Positions 1 to 10,769 of a stretch of 22,242 bases of DNA are shown here, piece after piece; the stretch's first letter is position 1; every line of letters begins with the position of its first letter. The notes beneath the pieces were generated by a model. It made no database searches. It saw nothing but the letters and a program-made list of their open reading frames with translations, and had not been told where the DNA came from. Source of the DNA: Ginkgo biloba (lineage: Eukaryota > Plantae > Ginkgophyta); contig JANKJI020000004.1 of the NCBI GenBank assembly GCA_024626585.2, positions 180,539,704-180,561,945 on the forward strand, read 5' to 3'. A program made the translations under genes and the position numbers.

Positions 1-460
1 AAGTCCACTGGCTATTTATACTTATAACTGTCAATAACCTCAATGATAGGACAAACAAGTTTGTTAGATGCACATTATTAAGTATAATTCCACCAACAAC
101 AACTACCACTCCTCTCCATGGGTAGAGAAATTTTGTTTTAGGAAGTCCTTTCCCTTTTTTTCCTTCTAGTGCTTCTTTTCTAGCCGCTTTAATGACCAAA
201 TTTTAAAATTTAGAAGGATACCCTTTCTCCTGCATGGATTATTGACCATCAGAAGGAACTCTTAATTCCCTAGCTACTAGTTCCCTTGTGACTACAATCT
301 TTTGCATATTAACTCTAGTCTTGCCCTCTTTAAACTTCTCCACAAAATGCTCAATTATTTCTGGGTCATGATTCATATAATTTGTGCATACATACTCCAA
401 TCCAATCTCACTACAAATAATCCACACTATCAATTCTTGGGCAAATAGGGTCATTACCAT
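1..460 (-). pseudogene. Degenerate accessory ORF of a plant Ty3/gypsy retrotransposon ('putative plant transposon protein'-like), copy 1; runs off the window start
   Basis: Track ORF 239..460 (VWIICSEIGLEY..NHDPEIIEHFVEKF..VTRELVARELRVPSDG) continues past stops as KEALEGKKGKGLPKTKFLYPWRGVVVVV...LRLLTVI. This fits my recollection of the pattern G..D..I...F...V....IA....P..G...LP.PW..VA..I...H.RLL in extra ORFs of non-chromovirus gypsy elements. Confidence 0.55.
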
Positions 461-1717
461 TTAAGCTTTCTCCTTTCAAATTTGAACCTCTCTTTTATTG
501 AATGGAACTTTCGTTGATTTTTCCTTTCTCTACTACAATGTTTGAAATTATTTTTCCAACCTATCTTTGGTTGCAGATCTTCCTATTGTTACTTTTTGCC
601 CTGTTCCTTCACGGTCAGAGGAGTCACTGTTGCTTGCCATCGCTGCCAATCACTGCACCATTGTCTTTGCAAGGTTCGCTTCCACCGTTGCTCCCCTTGC
701 TTAGCTTCGAGCTCCTGTGAGAAAGATACTAGAGTAGATTCCGAAAGGGAGTACAACTTCGAATTGTGTCAGGAACAGACTTGATGGTGAAGTTTGAAAG
801 TTAAGATATCATGATCAAGATATCCTTTGCTGTAGGCATGTAAAGTAATGAGTATATTGAGGTCGCTATATCATGTTATAATGGACAGTCAAGCTGAGCG
901 GTTAGTGAAACGCCATACGTCCATCATGCATTCGAGTGGTTGTTTGAAGGGACATGCCACATATTGTAATGAGCCACATGATCAATTGCTTGCAACCACC
1001 CTTAATGAGCCTGTATTTTATGCTTCCAATCACTTGGTAACTGGGATATTGCTTAACTTAGAAGATACTGGGGATAACTTTGTTACGATTTTCTTTTAAA
1101 AGATAGCAAAGAAAAGGGAAGAGAGAGAAAAAAATACAAATCACACACACATTCCTACTACTACTAAATAATCTTCAAAATGATCAACTCTTATCCAAAA
1201 CCTACAACTTTGGTTGAGTATTTAACATATGCATGAAATTCTCCTTGTTTACTGGTATTTTATATGGTCATATTCTATACCCATTTTCTCGGAATGAAAC
1301 ATTGTTTCCATGAATAGATTCTAGTAGCATAGTTCCAGATCCATATCTCAGTGGGTGAGTCAAAATATACCAATGCAAATAACTATAAATTCTTTCTTTA
1401 TTTAATTTTCTTCAATCAACAAATAAAATTCTATGTCTAAATTATACATGCATTCCCATCACTTGAATCTAAAAATTCAAGAATAAAAAAATTGAAAAAT
1501 ACACATAAATCATATACAGAGACAACAAGATTTNNNNNNNNNNNNNNNNNNNNNNNNNNNNNNNNNNNNNNNNNNNNNNNNNNNNNNNNNNNNNNNNNNN
1601 NNNNNNNNNNNNNNNNNNNNNNNNNNNNNNNNNATTTAAGGGGAATCCTTAACAAAGAATAAATTTACTTCCGCTTCAGAGTCATCCAGTTTTACTTTTA
1701 TTTAATGCACTAGGTTG

Positions 1718-2284
1718 ATGTACCTACTTAGTAGGAGGATGAAGGAATGAACTTCACTTGTAGAAAAAATAATTTTGTATTAAACTAAGGGAGTAATCAT
1801 ATACTATAATTATCTAAAGTCTCTTCTATTCTTTGTAAAACTAGCTCTCTATCATTCTATATAGTATTTTATGTTATCAATTTAGTGTTTTCTCTGATAC
1901 TATATCTTCACATGCCTTTATAGGGTCATATCATGAAAAAACAATGCACTTCCACATAATGGAGGCCCATACCATATAAACATGATTAATTTTCATGTAT
2001 TAGGATAAAATAGTCATGATATGGAACTCAAAAGCTCAAAAACTCATAGAAAAGTGTCAAAAGCATGTGCCTTCACACGTGGCATGATAAAATGACACGT
2101 CCTAACTTTTTGAAGTTGTGAATAGTTATACAACAACTAAAAGGATCCTCTATGTAATAATATAATTGGTCTACAAGATCAATGAACTCTCTTTCCACAT
2201 TATAGAAAATATTTAAAGAAAAATATTCAAGCCTCAAGCCTCACAAGAAATATTTGAACAATAAACAAATATTCTATTATTCCA
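1718..2284 (+). repeat. Dispersed repeat, copy A (homologous to 9856-10414); non-coding leader plus start of a retroelement accessory ORF
   Basis: Collinear anchors shared with 9856-10414: atgtacct..gtag(g/t)aggatgaa(g/a)gaatga, aaa..aaggg..taatca, aaaaggat...ctatg.aataatat, aagatcaatg.ac.ctctttccaca, aagcctcacaagaa, ctattattcca. The spans are nearly equal (567 vs 559 bp). Confidence 0.85.
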
Positions 2285-4322
2285 CAAGATTGCTAGGCAC
2301 CCTTGGTAGTAAGAGAAAAATTATAAGACCTTGACAAAAGATAAAAAGTGTGAGAACTTAGGGAAATATATTCCTTTATACAAAATATCACTTCCAAACT
2401 TGGCACAAGACTAAAGTGGGAACATTCACTTACATGCTACAACCAACCTATGTTAACCTCACAATAAAATATATGTATGCAATAATAAGCATGATTTAAT
2501 TAGTAGCATGCCCTTGCACATATATTTCCCATACATATCCATAAGATAAATAAATAAAGATATGTTAGTGAGAGAAAACCCCAAATGATAAAAAAATCTC
2601 TAATAGTTCCCTATGGTCATAGCCCCTTAATGAGCTTGAATCCATAGAACCATGTGCTATCTCTCTAAGGCAGATCATTGAAATAATGGAAGAAGCCCTT
2701 ATATAGGTCAATCCTAATGCACTAGTAAAGGTAGAACTCACCAATATCACTGAAGGGGCATATTAAGATCTTTCCATTGGAATTTTGAGGCTCATAGGAG
2801 CCTCTGATATCAATCACTTCCCAATCAAATGGCTACAAATAATTTATGAAATTATTTAGCATAATACAATGTATAATTTTACACTTATTTTACTCGTAAG
2901 GTAATGGTTGATGTATTAGTAGTAAAAAATGGCTAGTGAAGGTTATTCTATCATTCCTCAATTCTCTTAGTAATAGCATTGCTAACATACCCCCTACCCA
3001 TGGGACTAGTCAGACAGATAAAACGAGGACAACCAAAGGTATACTTCTTTCATAAATTCTTCTTCACTCACTCAACAAAGAAGAAAGGGTACTTGAGTAA
3101 TTTGTAGATGAAAATAATTTATGGAAAAATCCTATAAGCATTCTAGAGGAACTGTAGACAAGCAACTATGCGAGTCCCTCAAGAAATAATCAAGGATCTT
3201 CAGAGGAACCGCCTTAGTGACATCTTTAAGCAAACCAACTATATGGTCCTCAAAGTATATGGATTCCTTAGACCACTCAAAAATATTTTAAAATATGTAT
3301 CACCATTTGAGGTTTGTGATAAAATTCGTAGACAATTGTCTACATATGTTTTTTTTTTTTTTTTGGATAAATCCAAAAAGAGTCCATGCCATATGGGAGG
3401 TGAAGGGATTAAGGATTTAGGAATTAGAATCACTCGTAGTCCTATGAGAAATTTTCTAAAAATAAATATGATTTTAATGATGTACATTGTGAAGCCCTCC
3501 AAAACAAAAATATATACAACCCAAAGCGCACATTGAAGAAATTTTATCAAACTTTGGGGTGACTTCAACACTACCCCCCTTGTTCACCCGATGAGGGAAT
3601 GGATGCCTTCATTCCTTGGCCTCAAACTAGGGAATGCCATATAAGGACATCATAATATTCACAAAAAATGGTATAAACTAATCAATAAGATATCATGGAC
3701 CTTCCACCTGAATTCACCCATGAATCAAAGAACCCCAAATTATCCAATTTTGATAAAAATATTGATGAATATGAAGAGTATTTCAAGGAAATAGAACAAA
3801 GATACCATTAGTACTACATGAGTATCGCAACAATGGACCTAAGAATACCTTGACTCTGGAGAGGCATCCATATCACTATAGAAGAGGCCAACACCCACAC
3901 CTAACAAGACTCCAAAGAATATATCCAAATAACATAAGAAGAGGTGGGTCTTGGACATCACCTCCTACATCCTAAAGGAAGGTCAAAAGGCTTCTTCTAA
4001 CCCCAGAATCATCAATGAACTCGATAAAATCAAAGAAAAATAAAAGGAGGTAAAATAGGAATCCACTTTGCAACATACTAGATCGATGATCTAACCAAAA
4101 TAGAGCATGTCCCAATAGGATCCAGACCCTCTAACTAATTTCCTAGAAGACTTGAATTTGTGTGATGGTCACCCACCATTGGGCATAGATTAGGAAAATT
4201 TTACACTTAGACATAACATCAACAACCACTACTAGGCATATCTCAAGAAGAAGCGCTCCATCAAGATCAACATCAACATCCATCATTGGGCATAACTCAA
4301 GAAGAACCATTCCCTTAAGAGC
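2010..4322 (+). pseudogene. Long degenerate Gypsy-associated accessory ORF (plant-mobile-domain-like)
   Basis: Track ORF 3168..3536 RVPQEIIKDLQRNRLSDIFKQTNYMVLKVYGFLRPLKNILKYVSPFEVCDKIRRQL fits the pattern R.P.E......GDWF.....T.IRVYGF...P..LPKYV......E..RQ that I associate with gymnosperm retroelement extra ORFs. Upstream fragments such as FPIKWLQIIYEII (about 2818-2857) fit too. Many stops and frameshifts; boundaries are approximate. Confidence 0.55.
4170..4322 (+). repeat. ~54-bp tandem repeat, about 3 degenerate copies, running into an assembly gap
   Basis: ggcata recurs at 4182, 4235 and 4289. Units aacatcaaca.cca....t.ggcata.ctcaagaagaa start at 4215 and 4269. Confidence 0.85.
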
Positions 4323-4422
4323 NNNNNNNNNNNNNNNNNNNNNNNNNNNNNNNNNNNNNNNNNNNNNNNNNNNNNNNNNNNNNNNNNNNNNNNNNNNNNN
4401 NNNNNNNNNNNNNNNNNNNNNN

Positions 4423-5270
4423 AATTATGCTCTATGTAGAAATAAAATTTATCTCCTTCCTTTCTTGTACTATTTTCCCTATTCTTTGTTATGTTATATG
4501 TCCTCCTCTATCCTCTATCTCCCTATTCTATCCTCTATTCTTCTCTTTTCTTCATTGTCCCTTGGAATTCTATTTTCAAACTTGTTGAAGAGTCTTTTGA
4601 CCTTATAAATACTCAAATGATCAAATTAGGATCTAATTTTTGGAGGTATTGTAGAGGATAATTCTATCTTACTACAATCTAAAATTTGGCTTTTGAAACT
4701 TCTCAAGCACTGAATTATATAATTCACACTTTTTAGGGGTAAATGAACTCATTTTTATATAAATTTTGTACATCATATGTATTTTGATGTCCCACAACTA
4801 CAGTCCAAATTTGGTCAAATTTTGAGTCTGTACACAAAAGTTACTGTCAAAATACCATTGATAATTTTTATAATTTTTGTACATTGTTCGTCAAACAACA
4901 TTGTTCATTCATTAAATAATTTAGTGCTGTTCATTGAATGACTTTGTATGTTCATCGAATGACTTGGTCCATTCATCAAATGACACTAACCCATTTTTTG
5001 AAATAACCAAAATGATAGGAAATTACTCAAATTAACATAACTTTTAGCCCGTAGCTCTATTTTTTGCAATCTTGGTACTAAATTAAAGATTAAAGACGAG
5101 GATACAAATTTATTTCACTAATAATAGGATGAAAAAGTACGTATTTTTCCCAATTTTCTCTACAAAATGACTAACTTGAAAAATGACAAAAAATTACTTA
5201 GATTTGAAAAATGGATCATAGATGCAAACACTAATTTTGCATGGCTAGTATAAGTATTTGTAGAGGTCAA
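4423..5270. mobile_element. Non-coding LTR-retrotransposon-like segment lying between the two parts of the accessory ORF relic
   Basis: CT-rich stretch, a tataaat box near 4604, and a cataacttttagcccgtagctc...ttggtac...aaag...gaggatacaaattt motif (about 5036-5110) like those common in plant gypsy LTR/UTR regions. No ORF. Confidence 0.45.
4885..4986 (+). repeat. 21-bp minisatellite, 5 degenerate copies (consensus approx. tgttcatcgaatgacttngtn)
   Basis: The core ttc(a/g)t(c/t)(g/a)aa recurs at 4887, 4908, 4930, 4951 and 4972. Confidence 0.85.
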
Positions 5271-5700
5271 AGAACTCCAAAAAAAACTTTTGAACTATAA
5301 AATAATATCCCAACTAAAAATCAAGGATGAAATTTTTCACCTATACGACATAGAATGGAGCAACCTACACAGGGTCATGAGCACCATCCCTAAGACACTT
5401 GAATCCACAATAAAGGAGGAACAAATTCTCATCAAACTTAACAACCTCGATGCTCAAATTTTCCAATTGGATATGAAGAGAGATAAGGTTTATTGATGTA
5501 TTTCATAGTACATAAGGGTATATAATGAATTTAATAAACTTTAGAAAAAGTACCAACTATATAAGGAACATGCCATCCTCTTCCTTGTTGATGATCCNNN
5601 NNNNNNNNNNNNNNNNNNNNNNNNNNNNNNNNNNNNATAGATGCAAGAAGACTTATCCCACCTCAAATGAACATTAGTATCTCCCATTATATTGAATAAC
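5270..5700 (+). pseudogene. Degenerate coiled-coil-like coding relic, possibly the C-terminal part of the accessory ORF at 2010-4322
   Basis: ORF 5290..5496 (TLESTIKEEQILIKLNNLDAQIFQLDMKRDK) has heptad-like character, and shares strand and A-rich composition with 2010-4322. Confidence 0.35.
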
Positions 5701-5983
5701 ATCTTGATTCTTTTTTTCTATCCCGCATGGCTCAAATAGGGATCCTATAATTTGGCAAAGTTGATGGACACAAAAATCAACCCCCTAAATTTCCAACATG
5801 ATCACATATAATAAATCCTTTAACATACACCACCAATTGATGCACTATCTCAACTATCCACCTCATCACAATCCTAATTACATGGAAATAATCCTAAGCC
5901 CATGGTTCAAATAATGTATGATGTATTTGGTAGGGAAGAATAATACCATATAAATGGTGCATGCCTAAAATATTCTAGCATGG

Positions 5984-6148
5984 TGAGACATGCCCTTAAG
6001 AAAGACAACCTATTAATTATATTATGATTGACAGTTAAGGATTGATGGTAAGAATGTGTCGTTATCTAATTTTTTATAAAAAGGGGTCATTAGCTTATAA
6101 ATATATTTGGTAAATAACTTTAAGGGGTTGAGAGTTGAGTATAATATC
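5984..6148 (+). mobile_element. Possible 5' LTR fragment of the chromovirus element
   Basis: Begins TGAGACATGCCC (gypsy LTR-like start), has ttataaata near 6095, and lies just upstream of gag-like sequence across a 102-N gap. The LTR end and PBS are not visible. Confidence 0.25.
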
Positions 6149-6264
6149 NNNNNNNNNNNNNNNNNNNNNNNNNNNNNNNNNNNNNNNNNNNNNNNNNNNN
6201 NNNNNNNNNNNNNNNNNNNNNNNNNNNNNNNNNNNNNNNNNNNNNNNNNNTTTCTCTCATGTCT

Positions 6265-6400
6265 TATAGGAAGGAGTCTAGAGGATACTTTGACTTGATA
6301 GATATAATGTAAGAAGGATTGAAAGTGTCGATCTCAAAGTAACATAGGCAGTTTTCCCATCTATAAATAGTTGGGACACCCACCACCATAAGGCATCACA
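6265..6400 (+). pseudogene. Possible Ty3/gypsy gag fragment
   Basis: Translates GYFDLIDIM*EGLKVSISK*H, then after a frameshift WDTHH. This resembles the retrotransposon gag pattern E.YF......D..KV.IA.L.L...A..WW. Confidence 0.35.
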
Positions 6401-6479
6401 CTCTACTCTAAGTAGATTAGTGAATAGTGCATGATACAAAAATACTATAATTAGCCATCGATTATAGATAAACAATACA

Positions 6480-7524
6480 TTGCAACCATTAGATGTTCAT
6501 ACTAAAAATGACATAGAAATTTTCATGGATTTATTATAGGCCTACCAAAATCAAATGGGAAGGATGTCATTAATATTGTCATTTATCATCTCACAAAGTA
6601 TGTGTGCTTCATAGCAATCAATGTAACCTACAAATCTCCTCAACTAGCTAAAGTATTTATGAATGAAATTCACTAACACCATGGATTTTAAAAAATAATT
6701 ATCTATGACTGAGACATTAAGTTTGTGAGTAATTTATGGAAATAATTATTTTAACTAGTTGGTCCAAAATTTAATATGATCATAGTCTATCACCTACAAA
6801 TAGATGGATGAATAGGAAGTATTAATAAATGTCTTGAAGGATAGATTTGAGCCTACATAGGTAATATGTAAAATAAATAGAAAATGTGGTTCAACATAGA
6901 AGAACATGAGTATAACAAAACATACCATATGGCCACAAAATTATCCTATAGAAATTTATGGATATACACCACTAAAAATTAAGGATTATCATCTATAAGA
7001 ATTAAAGGGATAAGAAGTAGATGATAGTCTAATAGAAGCCCAAGAAATAATGATAATCCTAAAAGATAAGCTAAACACAAAATGTAATTGAGTACAATAG
7101 AAAGAAGAGAACAATAAAAAAGAAAGATACTTCAACATCAATGATGTAGTATTTATGCATCGACATCCATCAAATAACTCTTAGTCAAGATAAAAGGTAA
7201 AAACAAACTAGCACCAAAAGCTTATATCCCTTATAGCATATGAGAAAGAGTGGGAGAAGATATGCATTATACCTACTAAGTAAGGGTTGAATACATTATT
7301 TATTCCATATGTGTACCTAAAAACTCAAATTAGGAAAAGCATTATTCCCAAAATATAGATACTACTACTTTATGAGTAAGGAAAAAATGATCCTTGAACC
7401 CCAAACAAATTTGGGGATTTAGACCAAATAGCTAGGATCAAAAGAAATTTAAGAATATTGCATTAATATGAAAAATGTACATGAAGAATGTGTAATTTTA
7501 AAAATAAAGGCTTTCACACAAGGA
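6480..7524 (+). mobile_element. Chromovirus Ty3/gypsy integrase core, GPY/F region and chromodomain, pseudogenised (Reina/Tekay-like)
   Basis: LQPLDV...IFMD(F)IIGLPKSNGKDVI.IVIYHLTKYVCF..AKVFMNEIH*HHGF*KIIIYD*DIKFVSNLWK*LF*LVG..YHLQIDG*IGSINKCLEG matches canonical LQPL..ISMDFI.GLP..VVVDRLTKYAHF..LHG.P..IVSDRD..F.S.FW..YHPQTDGQTE.VNKCLE. Then KNKLAPK, and a chromodomain ILEPQ...RSKEI*EYCINMKNVHEE. Confidence 0.93.
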
Positions 7525-7624
7525 NNNNNNNNNNNNNNNNNNNNNNNNNNNNNNNNNNNNNNNNNNNNNNNNNNNNNNNNNNNNNNNNNNNNNNNNNNNN
7601 NNNNNNNNNNNNNNNNNNNNNNNN

Positions 7625-7868
7625 TGTTTAGGGTGATCATAAGATAATATACATTACAATTGTAAGTAGGCATCTCTGTAATTCTAAATAGGTGTTAATG
7701 GTCAACATAGATCTAGTAGGTGATTATAGTAGTGGAATAGAATAGTGTACTCTGAAGTTTTGAAAAGTGTCCAAGGATTGCAGTCTACAAATGTAATTAT
7801 TGTTGAATTACATATCATTTTAATTTAAGGATGGTATTTCAAAACATAAGATCATCATGGTATGCAGA
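7625..7868 (+). mobile_element. Putative LTR end (..CA at 7856-7857) followed by a tRNA-iMet-type primer binding site
   Basis: atcatca|tggtatgcaga at 7858-7868 vs canonical TGGTATCAGAG (one inserted base). Copia gag-like sequence follows about 170 bp later. Confidence 0.45.
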
Positions 7869-8024
7869 AAATGCTAAGGTTTTGGTGTTTGTAAATTAGA
7901 CTTACCCTATATAATTATTTTCCAAATTTACTAATATAAATTTACTTTCAATAAAAAAAAGTATTAGATCATGACTATACAATATACATTTCCACATCTA
8001 CATGTAAACAACAAAAATAAAAAC

Positions 8025-8900
8025 CAAGAAGAAATTTAATGGAGACGAAGAATATGGATATATAGAGTAGCATAGATATGGAGGAGATAATTTTAGTAAT
8101 TAGAAATACTTAGTTTTGTTTGTTGAAGGGAAAAAATGATGCTATCAAAGACAACAATAATATCACTTCTTGATTCATATTTATTACAAAGATATTTGTG
8201 ATATACTCATCTTTCATTGTGAGAGAGATGGTAGATTAGGCATTAATTAAAATATGGGAATGAGCACATATAGCAAAGATGAAACATGATTAGCTAACTC
8301 TTGATTCCATGCTCAATTAGTGCCCTCAAGTTAACACAACAATGGTAATCAAGCTTTGTGGAATTCCTAGTTGAGAAAGACATAAGCACATCAAAGAAAA
8401 ATATAAGACATTGATGGTATCTTTCAAACATAGAGCTAATGATAACCATTTACTCACTCTTGGTATTTTGTGTATGAATGATGTATGAGATATTTAAGAA
8501 AGAACTTCAACTACATTTATGATCATGGATAGATTCTTATTTTTATTTTCGGGTTGTGCACACCACGCATTCATCATAATTAAAACTTTGAAACAATCAA
8601 GTATATAAAGTCCAAATCAATGCATAATATGCTCTAACTAGGAAGCCACGCTCCAACACATGGTGGTAGTGTGATTGGATTTAATAGATATGGTTTTATT
8701 TCTTAGAAATATTTGAGTTGGGAGTGGTAAGGTTACAAATGGAATAGGGCTCTTAGAATTACTTACAACTCACTCCAATAATTTTTCTAAAATTCATTAC
8801 AATGGCTACACATAAATTGCATGTTAGTATGTCTCTTATAGCTAGCATTCAAAACTATCTAGTGCATCATTTGAAATCATCACAACTTAACATTTCACAA
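8025..8900 (+). mobile_element. Highly degenerate Ty1/copia gag-protease relic
   Basis: KKFNGDEEY (about 8029; copia KFNG.NY..W), MEEIILV..FVEGK, EKYKTLMVSFKHR (LP..Y..L.VSL..R), FSGCAHH (about 8546-8566; W..DSGC..HM protease site) and GGSVIGFN..GSG occur in the correct order. Confidence 0.6.
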
Positions 8901-9162
8901 AGGTATGGTTATTCATCATGTTGTGATTACAAATAAAATTAAGGACCATGTGATTTTGTTTTGGACTAACAGTCCAAGATTTTAGAATTATAGAAACTTG
9001 TCACTTCTATAAGCTAGTTTTTGGATGGGAGAAATCCACTATTAGAGCTACATCAACTGACATTGAAGTCAACAACAAAGATGCATCTACTGACACTGAC
9101 ATCAACAATAAAGTTTCATCAACCAATGATGGCAGAGCTACCCTCCACTGACAAGAACCCTT

Positions 9163-9446
9163 TGATAGAATGTATTATAATATCTATGACGGGTACTATA
9201 ACCATCAAGACCATATATAAATAGAGTTGATAGAGGTAGTAGAGGGATATAGAGAAGTTAGAGTTATGAATTTCCCTTATGTTGTTGTCCTCCATGGTAT
9301 GTCATGCCTTGTAATATGCATGTAATATATATACTTGGATATCTCTCATAATACGAGTGGATGATTTTTCCCAATATCTGTGCATGGTGTCTATGTGAAT
9401 GAATGACATGAATGTGAGTAGGTTAAAAATAATCTTTATTATTACA
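9163..9446 (+). mobile_element. Possible copia-type LTR (solo or 3')
   Basis: TG start (tgatagaatg), TATA box tatataaatagag at about 9214, copia-LTR-like gtggatg..tttttccca..atatctgtg, and a ..ttattaca end. No target-site duplication or partner LTR identified. Confidence 0.35.
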
Positions 9447-9855
9447 TGATAAAGGGAAAGGATATGTCTTCATCACTGTTAGGAATAAATGCTTAACATA
9501 TGGCACCATTGTGTATGATCGAACCTACATCACCAAAAATCTCCATTGACATCAAAATTTTAAGGTGGAAGAGAATGAAAATATGTTGAAAACATACCAA
9601 CAAGTAATAATGAACAATGATAAGGGATTTGATCACTGAAAATTATGGAATTGATTGAATCTGACAATAGGAATTGATGTCATCATTAGAAATAATAATG
9701 ACAAACTCAAAGGACCTTAGACTGATAGAAGAATGTTTTCTCTACAAAAAAATCTCGACGTAGTGGTTCAAGAAAATCAATAGCTATATTCAATTCTATA
9801 CTTAACATCATAATATTTTAGTGAAAATCGCAAAAGATAATTTTTTCTCCAACTT

Positions 9856-10414
9856 ATGTACCTGTTTGGTAGTAGGATGAAAGAATGACCTTCGAATATT
9901 TTGTGGAATTGATTTGGAATTAAATCAAGGGGTTAATCAATGTTGTAAATGCATGCACTATTCTTTCATTATGTAATTTTAGCTTTTTGTCCTTCTGTAC
10001 AATCTTTTCTTCTCTCTGTACGACATGTCCCTTCAATATCGCATCTACATGCACGTCTGCAGGAAATACCCTGTAAGTGCGCGTCCCTATAGTGTGCACA
10101 CCCACAGTACCATGTTAGTTCATCATAAAAATATAGTGAAGTGTGCAATCTCACAGTATGATCTACGAGAAGCCAAAAATGCGAACATAGATCTGATAAA
10201 CAACACACCTTTGTACATGGTCTGAGATATCAATCCGTACACACTTGTTGAAGGCACCAATACCTGCACAACATCCAAAAGGATATACTATGAAATAATA
10301 TGATTGGACAAAAAGATCAATGCACCCTCTTTCCACAAGATTCAAAGAAAATATTTAATCCTAAAGCCTCACAAGAATAAGTGGACAATAAAAAAAGCTC
10401 TCTCTATTATTCCA
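9856..10414 (+). repeat. Dispersed repeat, copy B (homologous to 1718-2284)
   Basis: Same collinear anchors as copy A. Homology runs up to the 100-N gap at 10415. Confidence 0.85.
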
Positions 10415-10612
10415 NNNNNNNNNNNNNNNNNNNNNNNNNNNNNNNNNNNNNNNNNNNNNNNNNNNNNNNNNNNNNNNNNNNNNNNNNNNNNNNNNNNNNN
10501 NNNNNNNNNNNNNNTGAATCCAAAGAGAATGCATCAATTAGTCTTGAAACAAATCAATTGTGCAAAATAATGGATTAGCTCAAGCCTTCCTTTCTTATTG
10601 CGGATTATTTAG

Positions 10613-10769
10613 AGATGAAATTGAGTTGTGCCAAGTAGAGAGGTCCTCTACAAAGCTTCACCAAAAATCCTACAGAGATGCTTCTCAAATAGATGAATTT
10701 GAGTTGTACTGAATAGAGAGGGCCTCTACAAAGCTCCACCAAAAAATCCTACAAAGATGTTTCTTAGAT
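10613..10769 (+). repeat. 78-bp tandem duplication
   Basis: agatgaa.ttgagttgt....a.tagagagg.cctctacaaagct.caccaaaaa(a)tcctaca.agatg.ttct.a.at begins at 10613 and again at 10691. Confidence 0.92.

Noticed and set aside
502-1099. Short plus-strand ORFs (72-83 aa), one hydrophobic
   Set aside because: Low-complexity CT-rich retroelement-like non-coding DNA with no recognisable protein motif.
1718-10414. Repeat copies A and B as the two LTRs of one ~8.7-kb element
   Set aside because: Both copies run into the same ORF-like sequence, no TG..CA ends, PBS or PPT flank them, and the DNA between is a mix of unrelated families.
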